Shown here piece by piece: positions 1 to 10,307 of a DNA stretch of 64,000 nt; position 1 is the first letter of the stretch; each line of letters starts with the position of its first letter. The stretch is taken from NCBI GenBank assembly GCA_031361295.1, contig JANMCN010000133.1, positions 8,443 through 72,442 on the forward strand, given 5' to 3'. Position numbers and translations under genes: made by a program. A model generated the notes under the pieces. It worked only from the letters and a program-made list of their open reading frames with translations. It was not told the origin of the DNA and did no database searches. This stretch comes from Acidobacteriota bacterium. Its GTDB lineage: Bacteria; Acidobacteriota; Vicinamibacteria; Vicinamibacterales; 2-12-FULL-66-21.

Positions 1-76
1 AGCCGCGTCGCAGAGGGAGTCAACCAGGACGGACCCCGATCCACGGGACACGCGGAGCGTCCCGCGGACTCCGCCG

Positions 77-1405
77 CTATGTCGCGGGCGCGTGGTCTCC
101 GATCTGCTCGGATGCCGGATCGTAGTACAACCGCTTTCCCTGCCGGTACGACTGGGCGGCCATGATGCACGCCACCGAGTGAAGAAAGCCGTTGTCCACG
201 GTCGCATTCGTCCGCGTGTTTCGGCTGCGCAGGCATTCGAGCCAGTTGGTCATGTGGGACAGGTCCTCGTCGCCGATGTTGATCGGGCCGGGCTTGTCCT
301 CCCCGGGGAGCGTGACCCAGCGCTCGGCGCGGAGGACGGTGGGATTGTCCTCGTGGTTCCCCTTCTCATCGACGACCTTCCATCGCGGGCTGCCCTCCCC
401 GCCGATGTTCACCATGGTCGCCTTTTTCCCCATGATCCGGGAGAAGCTGTCCGAGTCGTTGCCAAAGCTCGTCGAGAAACTTGCCAGGAACGACGGGTAC
501 TCGACGAGCGCCTGGAACGTGTCGGGATTCTCACGGCCGTCCTGCCACGCATAGACGCCCCCGTGCGCCATGATTGAACGGGGCGGCTGTTCATTCATGA
601 AGAAGTGCACGAGATCGATGCCGTGGCTCATCCACTGATCCGCGATGCCGCTCGAAAAATCACGGTAGAGGCGAAATTCGAAGTACAGCCGCGGGTCGAA
701 GGGGCGGGCCGGCTTCGTCATCAGCCACTTCTGCCAGTCGGTGTCCTGCTCGCGGATCAGCTTGACCTCGGGCCGCCCGCGCCAGCGCGGACCGTTGTAG
801 TTCCACACGATCTCGTACTTGCTCACGTCTCCGAGGGCGCCGCTGCGAACGACCTCGCGCGCGGCGAGCTGGTACGGTTCGCTGCGGTGCTGCGTGCCGA
901 CCTGGACGACGAGCTTGCGCTGCTTGACGGCGTCCCGCGCCGCTTTGACCTCCTGGAGCACGTTGCCCATCGGCTTCTCGCAGTACGCATCCTTTCCCGC
1001 TTCTGCCGTGGCCTTCAAGACCAGCGAATGGGAGTGTTCGGGAGTCGCGATGATTACCGCGTCCACATCCTTGAGGGCCAGCAGGTCTTCGAAGTGCTGA
1101 AAAGCTCGCGGGGCGCGGCCGTAGGCGCGGGCCGTGCTGGCCGCGGCGCGTTCGCGATTGGTCGTCCAGAGGTCGCAGACGGCGACGGTTTCGACGTTGT
1201 GCGTGCCTTTCAGACGGGAAACCATCATGTGCAGTTCGCTGCCGCGGTTGCCGATCCCCACGTGGCCCAGGGCAATGCGGTCGTTCGCGCCGATGATGCG
1301 GTCGTACGAGCGTGCGCTCGAGGCGAACGCCGAGCCCGCCACCACTCCCGCGGCGGTACCGAGAAACGATCGCCGATCGACCTTCGTGTCGCGTGAATTG
1401 TCCAT
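77..1405 (-). CDS. Gfo/Idh/MocA family oxidoreductase, Tat-exported
   Basis: Twin-arginine signal DRRSFL; GIGNRG Rossmann motif; CEKP motif; WMSHGID. Confidence 0.9.
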   Translation of the reverse strand: MDNSRDTKVDRRSFLGTAAGVVAGSAFASSARSYDRIIGANDRIALGHVGIGNRGSELHMMVSRLKGTHNVETVAVCDLWTTNRERAAASTARAYGRAPRAFQHFEDLLALKDVDAVIIATPEHSHSLVLKATAEAGKDAYCEKPMGNVLQEVKAARDAVKQRKLVVQVGTQHRSEPYQLAAREVVRSGALGDVSKYEIVWNYNGPRWRGRPEVKLIREQDTDWQKWLMTKPARPFDPRLYFEFRLYRDFSSGIADQWMSHGIDLVHFFMNEQPPRSIMAHGGVYAWQDGRENPDTFQALVEYPSFLASFSTSFGNDSDSFSRIMGKKATMVNIGGEGSPRWKVVDEKGNHEDNPTVLRAERWVTLPGEDKPGPINIGDEDLSHMTNWLECLRSRNTRTNATVDNGFLHSVACIMAAQSYRQGKRLYYDPASEQIGDHAPAT

Positions 1406-1598
1406 GCGCCCTCCAATTGGCGTGAATCATACACCCGCGCTCTCGACCCGGAATCACTCCGGTGGGGTCGCGAATAGCGGATGGCTGCGGAACCGATCGA
1501 GGAGACGCTGACCGCTCGCGACGTCAGCAGGAGGGACAGGCGGCGTCGATCGCCCTCGCGCCGCGTCCCTGGCGAGTCGGGGGGCCGCCGACCGGGGT

Positions 1599-1886
1599 CT
1601 AGCCGATTGGAAAGATCGTCTCGAGACCGTCCGCCGGGCGGGCAATGACGTGGACACCGACGAGTTCGCCCACACGGCGCGCAGCGGCGGCGCCGGCGTC
1701 AGTGGCGGCCTTGACGGAGGCGACGTCCCCGCGCACCATCGCGGTAACGAGGCCGGCATCGACCTTCTGCCACCCGACGAACACGACGTTGGCCGCCTTC
1801 ACCATCGCGTCCGCGGCCTCGATCATCCCGACGAGGCCTCGGGTCTCCACCAATCCAAGCGCGTCGCCCGGCAGTTCGTTGGACAT
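1599..1886 (-). CDS. Bacterial microcompartment hexameric shell protein (BMC-H, EutM/PduA-like)
   Basis: ALGLVETRG...[12 protein letters not shown]...[10 protein letters not shown]...HVIARP signature. Confidence 0.95.
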   Translation of the reverse strand: MSNELPGDALGLVETRGLVGMIEAADAMVKAANVVFVGWQKVDAGLVTAMVRGDVASVKAATDAGAAAARRVGELVGVHVIARPADGLETIFPIG

Positions 1887-1891
1887 AAGCT

Positions 1892-1966
1892 GGTTCCGGG
1901 TTCGGGGTTCCGGGCTCGGGGTTCCAGGTTCCAGGTTCCGATCGACTGGGAACTGAGAACCGGGAA
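1892..1966. repeat. Heptamer-periodic imperfect inverted repeat (GGTTCCR / GGAAC arms)
   Basis: ggttccg ggttcgg ggttccg ggctcgg ggttcca ggttcca ggttccg ... gggaact gagaacc gggaa. Confidence 0.75.
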
Positions 1967-1987
1967 ATCAAGTACGCGCTCAGTCTA

Positions 1988-3109
1988 CTACGCAATCCGG
2001 CCGCGGGCGGAGACATCCAGCCGCTCGAGGACGTCGTCCCCGTCGATCAGCCAGAGCTCGTTGACCAGATTGGCCACCACGCACGAGTGGTTCGGCACAA
2101 CCCGCACAAGGTGACCCGGTGCAAGCGCAGTGGTCCCGGATGATCGGACGACGGCGTGCTCTTCAGACAGGCGTTCGATGAGGAGCGACTGGTCCGGGCT
2201 CGACGAATGGAGCGAGTCGAAGACGACGCCGTGGCCGGGGTGTGGCCCCGGGCCGCGTACGAGATCGCTCGAGAGGGTCTTGCTGCCGCAGTCGAGGATG
2301 AGGCGATCCGTCCCGTGACTCGTCACGACGCGTGCCAGGACGGTGAGGGCGCAATCGTCCCACGATGCGGAGCCGAGCGCGACCTGCATGCGATCGTAGT
2401 AGACGTAGTTGCCTGGCCGAAGCTCGGTGAGCCCCTCGATCCCCGCGCTGAAGCGGGCGGTCGGCGTGGCCCCCACGCTGATCTCGTCCACCGCGACGCC
2501 GAATGTACGGACCCGATCGGCAAGTGACGTCAGGACGGCGGCCTCGTTTTGCGCGATCGCTTCTGCCTCTGCGGGGGACGCGGCGCCGTACGCGTGCCCC
2601 GCGTGGCTCAGCAACCCACGAAACTGCAGCCCGGGCAGGCCGGCCACCCGAGCCACGAACTCCGCGGCGCCGGCGGCGTCAGGATCGATGCCGCAGCGAT
2701 GCAGGCCGACGTCCACCTTGACGAGCACGCCGACGGCGCCGCCGGCGGCATGCAGGGCGTCCGACCATTCGCGCGCAACGGCTGGGTGGTCGACGATGAA
2801 GGAGAGCCTGGTACTCTCTGCGAGGGCGAGCACGCGCCCGATGTTCACGGGATTCAGCGGGTACGCGACTCGGATGTCGTCGAACCCGGCCGCCGCGAAG
2901 ATCTCGGCTTCTCCCAGCTTCGCGCAGCAGATCCCGCGCGCGCCCCGCTCCCGCTGCTGCCTGGCGATCGCGATGCTCTTGTGCGTCTTGGTGTGAGGCC
3001 GCAGCGCGCGCCGGCCTGCGTCGACCGCAGCCTGCATGCGGGCGATGTTCCGGTCGAGACGCGGCTTGTCAATCAGCACGCACGGGGTCGGCAGGTCCGT
3101 CAGGCGCAC
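1988..3109 (-). CDS. PLP-dependent alanine-racemase-fold enzyme (D-threonine aldolase / DSD1 family)
   Basis: LRPHTKTHK PLP-lysine motif, HRCG, ELRPGNY, SEEH, PNHSC; GTG start inferred at 3109 (VRLTDLPTP). Confidence 0.88.
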   Translation of the reverse strand: MRLTDLPTPCVLIDKPRLDRNIARMQAAVDAGRRALRPHTKTHKSIAIARQQRERGARGICCAKLGEAEIFAAAGFDDIRVAYPLNPVNIGRVLALAESTRLSFIVDHPAVAREWSDALHAAGGAVGVLVKVDVGLHRCGIDPDAAGAAEFVARVAGLPGLQFRGLLSHAGHAYGAASPAEAEAIAQNEAAVLTSLADRVRTFGVAVDEISVGATPTARFSAGIEGLTELRPGNYVYYDRMQVALGSASWDDCALTVLARVVTSHGTDRLILDCGSKTLSSDLVRGPGPHPGHGVVFDSLHSSSPDQSLLIERLSEEHAVVRSSGTTALAPGHLVRVVPNHSCVVANLVNELWLIDGDDVLERLDVSARGRIA

Positions 3110-3184
3110 GGCAGCCAGTCTAGCGCGCAGAAACCGGCGGCGTCCAACACGCAGGCGCAAGGCGGGGGGCTAACCGGTAAACAC

Positions 3185-3263
3185 TTTCCAAGTTCCAGTT
3201 TCCAGTTTCCAGTTTCCAGTTCTGGCGTAGTTGAAGAGTCGCTGGCGACTGGCATCTGGCGAC
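3185..3263. repeat. Heptamer tandem / inverted repeat (TTCCAGT x4, CTGGCRW arm)
   Basis: ttccaag ttccagt ttccagt ttccagt ttccagt ... ctggcga ctggcat ctggcga. Confidence 0.75.
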
Positions 3264-3266
3264 GGG

Positions 3267-4499
3267 TCAGAACAGTCCCAGGGGGCGTCCCGCGGTGAAG
3301 CCTGGGAACACGGTGCTCGTGTCGGTCAGTCCGAGGTGGCCGCGCAGCACCTCCGCGAAGACGCTCCGGAAGTCGGTGGTGACCGCCAGGTCCCGTCCTT
3401 CGTAGCGCTGTTCGGGGGCCAGCCCCGGCCAGCGCCCGTACACGTGCCCGCCGCGCACGCCGCCCCCGAGCACCATCATCGCGTTCCCGTGCCCGTGGTC
3501 CGTGCCTTGGCTGCCGTTCTCCACGACGGCGCGGCCGAACTCCGACATCGTGAGGATGACGACATCGTGCATGCGATCGCCCAGATCCCTGACGAGGGCC
3601 GCCATGCCTCGCGCGAGGTCGTCGAGCCGGCCGGCGAGCTGCCCCGTGGCCGCGCCCTGGTTGGCGTGGTGATCCCAGTTCCCCGACTCCGCGAAGGCCA
3701 CCTCCAGGCCCACATCCGACTTCACGAGCTGCGCGATCTGGCGCAGCGCTGCTCCAAAGGCGGACCTCGGATACTCCGCGCCGTGTGCCGGCATGTATTG
3801 CTGCGGGTTGGCCGTCTTGAGCATCCGAACGGCTTCGAACGCCTCCTGGCCGGTCGTGTGGAGGACGCTGCCGGCCGCGGCGGCGTATTGGTCCTCGAAG
3901 GCAGATTGAGCCGTCACGCTCCCGCCGCTTGACCGGATGCCGAAGTCGCTGATCTGTCCGATCGCGAGCGCCGGCTCGGTGCCCTGAAGCGCGCGCGGAA
4001 GCTGGGGAGCGAGTGCCACGGCGCGGAAAGGGGTCGCCTCCCGGTGTTCCCGTGCGTGCAGGTACCGGTTGAGCCAGCCGTCCGACGTGCTCTTGACCCC
4101 CGGCGTCGCGGTTTCCATGTAGTCCTGTGCATCGAAGTGGGATCGCGTGCCCTCAGGCGACCCGCAGGCGTGCACGATGGCCAGGTGGCCCGACGCGAAG
4201 TGCGGAGCCAGGGGCGCCAGGCGCGGGTGGAAGCCGAAGAATCCGTCCAGGTCGACCGCGGAGTCGGCGCCGGCTCCGGGCCGCGCAATCGCCAGGGTCG
4301 GCCGCGCCGCATGGTACTCGCGTTCACCAAACGGTACGATCATGTTCAAGCCGTCGACCGCTCCACGCTGAAAAATCGTGATGAGCGTCTGACCTCGGGC
4401 GCTCGCCGAGGCCACGGCCCGCGCGACGAATGCAGGGGCGAAGCCGAGGCTCACGAGCGCCAGCCCGCCGTTCTTGAGGACGATGCGGCGTGGAATCAT
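3267..4499 (-). CDS. DUF1501 domain protein
   Basis: Tat-like PRR N-terminus; FQRGAVDGLN, RSHFDAQ, WDHHANQ, SEFGR, GTDHG motifs. Confidence 0.9.
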   Translation of the reverse strand: MIPRRIVLKNGGLALVSLGFAPAFVARAVASASARGQTLITIFQRGAVDGLNMIVPFGEREYHAARPTLAIARPGAGADSAVDLDGFFGFHPRLAPLAPHFASGHLAIVHACGSPEGTRSHFDAQDYMETATPGVKSTSDGWLNRYLHAREHREATPFRAVALAPQLPRALQGTEPALAIGQISDFGIRSSGGSVTAQSAFEDQYAAAAGSVLHTTGQEAFEAVRMLKTANPQQYMPAHGAEYPRSAFGAALRQIAQLVKSDVGLEVAFAESGNWDHHANQGAATGQLAGRLDDLARGMAALVRDLGDRMHDVVILTMSEFGRAVVENGSQGTDHGHGNAMMVLGGGVRGGHVYGRWPGLAPEQRYEGRDLAVTTDFRSVFAEVLRGHLGLTDTSTVFPGFTAGRPLGLF

Positions 4500-4505
4500 G
4501 GGCGT

Positions 4506-6110
4506 CTACTTTCTCTGAAATTCTGGGGAGCCGAGCAGCAACGCGACGGCCTGCGCCGGTTCGGGGGCTCTTGCAACGGTGGATCTGGTGACTTCCGACA
4601 CGTCGTTGGCGAGCACATCGCGCGTGACCGCGTCGGCGCCGGCCCGCGCACTGCCGGTCGAGGGCTCGCTCCCACGCAGATCGCCCCGCGTCAGCGCGAT
4701 GGCGAAGTTCATCCTGTTGAGGAGTGCGCCGGTATTCACCCACGCGTCGGCGCGATCCGCATACCCGGTCGGCGGCTGGCAGAAATAAAGCGGCATCCCG
4801 AGGTCGCGGGTCGCGCGCACGAGCGGCCGCGCGTTTGGTGCATCGTAGGCCGTCGCCCGGATCGCGCTCGCGACGAATTCGAAAGGCGTCTTCACCTTCG
4901 CGCGGTACGCCTCCGGCGCGAAGAACTCGGGAGACGTGACGATTGCGCGGACCACTTCGCGGATGTCTCCTCCGGTGTCGCGGTAGACGGCCGCCGCGCG
5001 CTCGACGAGCGCCGGCGGCGGCACGTCAGAAACGAACCGCCGGACGAGCTTCGTGGCGATGAACCGCGCCGTCGCCGGATGCGCCGCGAGGATATCGAGC
5101 ACCTGCTCGCCGTCGGTCTGTCCCCCGCCTGCGCGGATGCGATGCCCGAGCACGGCCTTCGCGCCGTCGTCGTGCATCCGCGGGTCGAATCGAAAGCCGC
5201 CCCCCTGCCTCGGCGCTGCGATCGTCCACCCGCTGAAGGCCCGCGCGACCTCCTGCACGTCGCGCTGCGTGTAGCCGCCGTCCACTCCTAGCGTGTGCAG
5301 CTCCATCAGCTCTCGAGCGTAGTTCTCGTTGAGGCCGCGCACCCTCCGGGCGGCCTCCGACGCACGTGCTGGCTGCCGACTGCGACGCGCGCGGCTGTCG
5401 ATGCGGCTGGTCGCAGGCGCCGCGCTCTCCCAGTTGTCGAGGTAGAACAGCATCGCGGGGCTCTCCGCCGTCGCGCCCAGAAGCCGGCGGAACGTGCCGA
5501 GCGCATTGGGCCGGATCGTGTCGCGTTCGTACCCCGTCAGGTACACACGCGTGGCCCCCTTGCCCGCGAACACGTTGAAGTGGTTGAACCAGAAGTCAAC
5601 CATCACCTCCTGCAGCTGTCGCTCGCTGTAGGCGGCGCGCAGGATCTTCTGCTCAGCCAGCTCCCAGAGCACGTCTCGTTCCTGCATCATCGCCGCCCGC
5701 TGCACTGGTGCGCGCCGCCTCCCGTCCATTGGCGCGTCAGCCGTGGACGAGGGATCGGCCTGCGACTTCGCTTGCCGCCGCTCCATCATCGCTGGAACGA
5801 AATAGCGGTCGGCAAGGTCCCTCGTGCTCAGTTGAAGGGTGTGGAACGTCGCCAGGCGGGCCGCCACCCCGCTGTCGGAGATGTTCTGTGGCTCCAGTTG
5901 CGCATCGAGGTACTGCGCCAGGCCCGTGCGGCGGATGCGATCGACGTCCCCCGGCACTGGCCCAAACCCGATCCGGTTGAGCGCGTGCACGATGGTCCTG
6001 TCGTCGGCGCGAGCCGGGACGGCGGATCCCATCGAGGCCGCCGGCGGCCCGGCATGGCCGATCGCGCCGGCGAACACGACCACAAAGAGCCAGGCACCAC
6101 GTGTGAGCAT
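4506..6110 (-). CDS. DUF1800 domain protein
   Basis: FWFNHFNV, MLFYLDN, NENYARELMELHTLG motifs; usual partner upstream of DUF1501. Confidence 0.9.
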   Translation of the reverse strand: MLTRGAWLFVVVFAGAIGHAGPPAASMGSAVPARADDRTIVHALNRIGFGPVPGDVDRIRRTGLAQYLDAQLEPQNISDSGVAARLATFHTLQLSTRDLADRYFVPAMMERRQAKSQADPSSTADAPMDGRRRAPVQRAAMMQERDVLWELAEQKILRAAYSERQLQEVMVDFWFNHFNVFAGKGATRVYLTGYERDTIRPNALGTFRRLLGATAESPAMLFYLDNWESAAPATSRIDSRARRSRQPARASEAARRVRGLNENYARELMELHTLGVDGGYTQRDVQEVARAFSGWTIAAPRQGGGFRFDPRMHDDGAKAVLGHRIRAGGGQTDGEQVLDILAAHPATARFIATKLVRRFVSDVPPPALVERAAAVYRDTGGDIREVVRAIVTSPEFFAPEAYRAKVKTPFEFVASAIRATAYDAPNARPLVRATRDLGMPLYFCQPPTGYADRADAWVNTGALLNRMNFAIALTRGDLRGSEPSTGSARAGADAVTRDVLANDVSEVTRSTVARAPEPAQAVALLLGSPEFQRK

Positions 6111-6228
6111 GTGTGACCTCCCGCAGGGACCGCGAGGCGAAATGCTGCCGCGATGGATCGCGTCGCGCGTCGACGCAAGCGCATGTGTCCAAGAGACTTC
6201 GACGCCAGTGGCTGTAGGTCTCTTGGAG

Positions 6229-6258
6229 TTAGACCCGTGGAGTGCCGCCAGGGTTGAA
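6229..6258 (-). promoter_or_regulatory. Possible ECF-sigma-type promoter for the DUF1800/DUF1501 operon
   Basis: Minus strand TTCAACC-N17-GTCTAA, followed by the hairpin CCAAGAGAC/GTCTCTTGG (6189-6226). Confidence 0.35.
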
Positions 6259-6613
6259 GAGCCTGCCAGTCCGATTGGGCAGCCTACTCGAGGGCGTGGG
6301 CCGCCCGCTCGATGGCCGAGGCGAGACGACGTGTCTGGACGATGACTCGCGTGGAGTTCCGCACCTCGAGTGTTGACCGATCACTTCGCGCCACGTTCTC
6401 GTCCACGCCGGCGTGCGAAGTCAGAGGCCCCACGCCGCATGCGCGCGCCCGCACGGCTCAACTCGTCGAGCGTCGGGGCGGTAAGCCTGGACGAAACGCA
6501 GCGCGTGATCCCGCCGCCTGTCCGAGGCGGCTTCCGTCGGCTCGACTACGTGTGCAGGGAGAGGCGGTCGTTCTTCGATCGTGGATCCCGCGATCGGAGA
6601 GTTCTGCCGCGGG

Positions 6614-7375
6614 TCATTCAGGGCTGATGGCCAGCACGTTGAATTTCCACACCGCCGCTGCGAAGGCCAGCGGCGTCAACAGCCCCAGCCCCCATATGAC
6701 CAGCGTCAACAAGGACTGGATTCCGCTGTTCGGCGCGACGGCCGCGAGGACGGGCGCGAAGACAGCCGCGAGCGTGCCGCCGGCAATCTGGCTGAGCAGA
6801 ATCAGCTCGAGCGGGCGCTTGAGATCCGCAGGTCCATGCTGCTGCAGCTCGCGATGACTGCGCGCGAGAGACACGATGGCGGTCACGGGCAGCACGATGC
6901 CGAGCAGGACCCCCAGGGGGAATCCAAACACGATGAGCGCCAGCGTGTACGGGGTCTTCAGTCCATCGATGCTGGACGGCGCGAACCAGAGCAGGCCTGC
7001 AATCGTCAGCGGCGCGAGGCAATAGGCGACCGCCATCTGCATCCCTGACGTCTTGATCCAGGGACGCCGTCGGGGGAACACCTGTGTGAAGTGGAAGAGG
7101 AGCAGCGCCCCGACGCCCATCGCGGACGTGATGGCGGTCATGGCCTCCACGGGCAGCTTCACATGATCTGACGCGCCTCGGAGCCACCATACCGTCGGCA
7201 CGCTGAACACCACGAAATTGGCGATCGAAAACGCGAGGAAGACCCGCGTGCGGATGTCCCCGGTGGCGCGCATCCACGCAGCGGCCCCTATGGCGACATA
7301 AAAGATCGCGGCGACCGCCTGCGTGATGCCGTCGAGCGGCGTGAACTCCGGAGCGGGCATCGTCGTCAGGTCCAT
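6614..7375 (-). CDS. Multi-pass (about 7 TM) membrane protein of unknown function
   Basis: Alternating hydrophobic segments; LFHFTQVFP resembles 7TM sensor input domains. Confidence 0.75.
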   Translation of the reverse strand: MDLTTMPAPEFTPLDGITQAVAAIFYVAIGAAAWMRATGDIRTRVFLAFSIANFVVFSVPTVWWLRGASDHVKLPVEAMTAITSAMGVGALLLFHFTQVFPRRRPWIKTSGMQMAVAYCLAPLTIAGLLWFAPSSIDGLKTPYTLALIVFGFPLGVLLGIVLPVTAIVSLARSHRELQQHGPADLKRPLELILLSQIAGGTLAAVFAPVLAAVAPNSGIQSLLTLVIWGLGLLTPLAFAAAVWKFNVLAISPE

Positions 7376-7434
7376 GGGTCAGGACATTGTCGGCGCGAAC
7401 GGTCGGGACCGCAACCAGGGAGCGGAGAGCCCCG

Positions 7435-9171
7435 TCAGTTGGTCGAGGTGCCGGTCCGCCGGTAGACGATCTTGCCGTCGAAGATCGTGGCGGCGACCGT
7501 CGCGGAAGAGAGTCGGGATGGGGGCGCAGCGAAAATGTCTGTCGAGAGCACGACGAGATCGGCGAGCATCCCGCGCTTCAGAGACCCCTTCCGTTGCTCG
7601 TCGAACGAGGCGTAGGCCGGCGCGGACGTGAAGGCGTCGATGGCGCGCTTGAGCGGGAGGCTTTCGCCGCCGTTCCACGGGTCTTCGGCCCCTGCGTCGC
7701 CGGATCGGTTCACCGCGGCGTGGATGGCGGCGAGTGGATTCTGTGGGGCGTCCGGCCATCCGGTGGCGAAGGCGAGCCGGGTGTGCGCAGCGGCAAGGCC
7801 GGCGGCGGGCCATGCGCGGGCCGTGCGTTCGTCCCCCACGGCGCGCGTCCACGCGTCCACGCGGCCCGGGGAGGGCGTTGCTTCGTAAGGCCGGAGCAGC
7901 GCGATCACCCCGAGCTGCGCCAGCCTGGGGAGGTCGTCCGGATGCAGGAGCGCCAGATGTCCGATGCGGTGGCGGCGTCCACGCGCCGGTGTGGGATTCG
8001 ATCGTTCCGCGTGCTCATACGCGTTGAGCGCCATGCGGACTGCGCGATCGCCAAACGCGTCGAGGGTGACCTGCCAGCCACGTCCGTCGAGCATCCGTAC
8101 GAGCCGGTTCAACTCGTCCGGACCGATCGACGTTTCGCCGGCGCCCGTCCCGGGCCGCGCGGAATAAGGCTCGAGCAATGCCGCCTCGAAGGAATCCACG
8201 GGCCCGTCGATCACGATCCTGGCGCCTCCGACCTTGAACAGCGGATCATCAGGATATTTGCTGGAGAGCGCTTCCAGCGTGTTGAAATCCGCTGTCGTGG
8301 TCTTGTCGCTCACGCCGATCGACGAATAGACGCGCAGGTTCAGCTCCCCGGCCTGCCGCGCCTCTTCGTAGAGCGCGAAGGCGTCGGGCCCGACGGCGGC
8401 GTCCTGCACGCTCGTGACGCCGTTCTCATGCGCCGCCGCAATCGCCGTGTGGAGCGCCCGTGCGCGCTGCTCGTGGGTCGGTTTCGGGACGAGTCGTCCG
8501 GCGAGATCGGCCGCCGCCGCCGACAGCAGGCCGATCGGCTCGCCCGTCCGCTGGTCCTTCTCGATGACGCCGGCCTCCGGGTTCGGCGTGCGGCGTGTCA
8601 CACCCGCGAGCCGGAGCGCCCGCGTGTTCACCCAGGCCGTGCGTCCGTCGGCCGACAGCATATAGGCCGGACGGTCCGGGACGGCGGCATCGAGCCGTTG
8701 TCGTGTCGGAGGGCCCGTCGCCGACATCCGGCCGGACCACCCCCGCCCCACCACCCATGGGCGGAGCGGATTCGCCTCCGCCCACGCACTGATGCGCGCC
8801 TGCGCCTCATCCACGCTGTCGGCTCCGAGCAGGTCCACGCCGTCGAGTGTGAGCGCACCATCCGTGAAGTGGACGTCCGCGTCGTTGAAGCCGGGCAGGA
8901 CGGCCCCCCCGCGCGCATCGACGACGACCGTCTGCGGGCGCCGAAGGCGCTGGATCTCGCGGTCGCTGCCCACGCGCAGAATCTGGTTGCCGCGAATGGC
9001 GACGGCGTCCGCCATCTTTCCGGAACCGTCGGCCGTATAGACTTTCGCGTTGAAAACGATCAGATCGACGGGGCCGTCGCTGTCGTCGAGCTGCGCTCCG
9101 ACGATGAGGCCCGCGATGAGGGTCGCAGCGACAATCGCGACGACGACATAGGTGGTCAGGCGGGCGGCCAT
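7435..9171 (-). CDS. Amidohydrolase 3 family protein (YtcJ-like) with N-terminal membrane anchor
   Basis: VLPGFNDADVH, HRIGHL, GSLKRGMLADLVVLS; several metal-ligand positions altered. Confidence 0.85.
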   Translation of the reverse strand: MAARLTTYVVVAIVAATLIAGLIVGAQLDDSDGPVDLIVFNAKVYTADGSGKMADAVAIRGNQILRVGSDREIQRLRRPQTVVVDARGGAVLPGFNDADVHFTDGALTLDGVDLLGADSVDEAQARISAWAEANPLRPWVVGRGWSGRMSATGPPTRQRLDAAVPDRPAYMLSADGRTAWVNTRALRLAGVTRRTPNPEAGVIEKDQRTGEPIGLLSAAAADLAGRLVPKPTHEQRARALHTAIAAAHENGVTSVQDAAVGPDAFALYEEARQAGELNLRVYSSIGVSDKTTTADFNTLEALSSKYPDDPLFKVGGARIVIDGPVDSFEAALLEPYSARPGTGAGETSIGPDELNRLVRMLDGRGWQVTLDAFGDRAVRMALNAYEHAERSNPTPARGRRHRIGHLALLHPDDLPRLAQLGVIALLRPYEATPSPGRVDAWTRAVGDERTARAWPAAGLAAAHTRLAFATGWPDAPQNPLAAIHAAVNRSGDAGAEDPWNGGESLPLKRAIDAFTSAPAYASFDEQRKGSLKRGMLADLVVLSTDIFAAPPSRLSSATVAATIFDGKIVYRRTGTSTN

Positions 9172-9368
9172 GGAATGTTCCGGGCGCGACGGTCCGACCC
9201 GCCCGGCGTCCGGCCTAGGGGTCGCATTCTAACACGCGTGCCGGCATCGCACGGGGCCGCGCGCCCGCACCACGCCGCGGTCCCGACCTGCCCGGAAGGC
9301 GCTGATCGCAGGGGCCGGGATCGCCTCGCTCGTCTCGCGGCATGGTACAGTCCGCGGCGGTCACGCGC

Positions 9369-10307
9369 GTGAAATTTTCAATCCTCGGATCGGGCGCCGT
9401 CGGCGGGTATTACGGTGCGAAGCTGTCGCGCGCCGGCCATGACGTCACCTTCATCGCCCGGGGCCCCCATCTCGACGCCATCCGCGACCACGGGCTCGAA
9501 GTCCGGAGTCCAGTGCTGGGCGATTTCAGCGTCCGGGCCCGGGCCGAATCGGACACCACGAGAGTCGGACATGTTGACGTGGTGCTTGTCGCGGTCAAGG
9601 CATACGACAACGCCACGGCTCTCCCGTTGATCGCGCCGATGCTCGGCCCGCGGACCGCCGTCCTCACCGTGCAGAACGGTGTCGACAGCCCGCAGGAGGT
9701 CGCACGCGTCGTCGGCGAGGACCGTGTCATCGGCGGGACGACCTACATCGCGACTGCACTGGCCGCGCCCGGCGTGATCGAGCAGACCGGCGCGCACCGG
9801 CGTATCGTGTTCGGGGAAGTGTTTGATCCGCTGCCGCGCGTGACCGCGCGCGTCCGCGCGCTGCAGGACGCGCTGGCCGGAGCCGACATCCAGGCGGAGG
9901 GTGTCGCCGACGGGCGCGTGCCCATCTGGGAGAAATTCATCTTCCTCGCCGCGCTCGCCGGTTTCACCGGCGCCTCGCGGCTGCCGATCGGGCCGCTCTG
10001 GGCCGACCCGCAGATTCGCGCGCAGTTCCTCGCGGCCTGCAGGGAAGTGGAACGCGTTGCCCGCGCGGAAGGCATCGTCGTCGCGGACGACGTGATCCAG
10101 CGGATCGAGACCTACGTCGCCGGCATTCCCGGATCGATGAGGTCTTCGCTGCTCATCGATCTCGCGTCAGGGAAACGGATCGAAGTTGAGGCGCTGCAGG
10201 GCGCGTTGGTCAGGCGGGCGCACGCGGCCGGCGTGCCGGTCCCGATTATGTCGACGTTGTATGCGCTGCTGAAGCCGTTTGCCGAAGGGGCACACCGATC
10301 CGCTTGA
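9369..10307 (+). CDS. panE: 2-dehydropantoate 2-reductase (ketopantoate reductase)
   Basis: GSGAVGGYYG, VKAY, QNGV, WEKF, SSLLID, IEVE motifs; GTG start at 9369. Confidence 0.88.
   Translation: MKFSILGSGAVGGYYGAKLSRAGHDVTFIARGPHLDAIRDHGLEVRSPVLGDFSVRARAESDTTRVGHVDVVLVAVKAYDNATALPLIAPMLGPRTAVLTVQNGVDSPQEVARVVGEDRVIGGTTYIATALAAPGVIEQTGAHRRIVFGEVFDPLPRVTARVRALQDALAGADIQAEGVADGRVPIWEKFIFLAALAGFTGASRLPIGPLWADPQIRAQFLAACREVERVARAEGIVVADDVIQRIETYVAGIPGSMRSSLLIDLASGKRIEVEALQGALVRRAHAAGVPVPIMSTLYALLKPFAEGAHRSA

Noticed and set aside
6284-6455. Possible 57-aa minus-strand ORF between the 7TM gene and DUF1800
   Set aside because: No RBS, no recognisable motif; cannot be supported.
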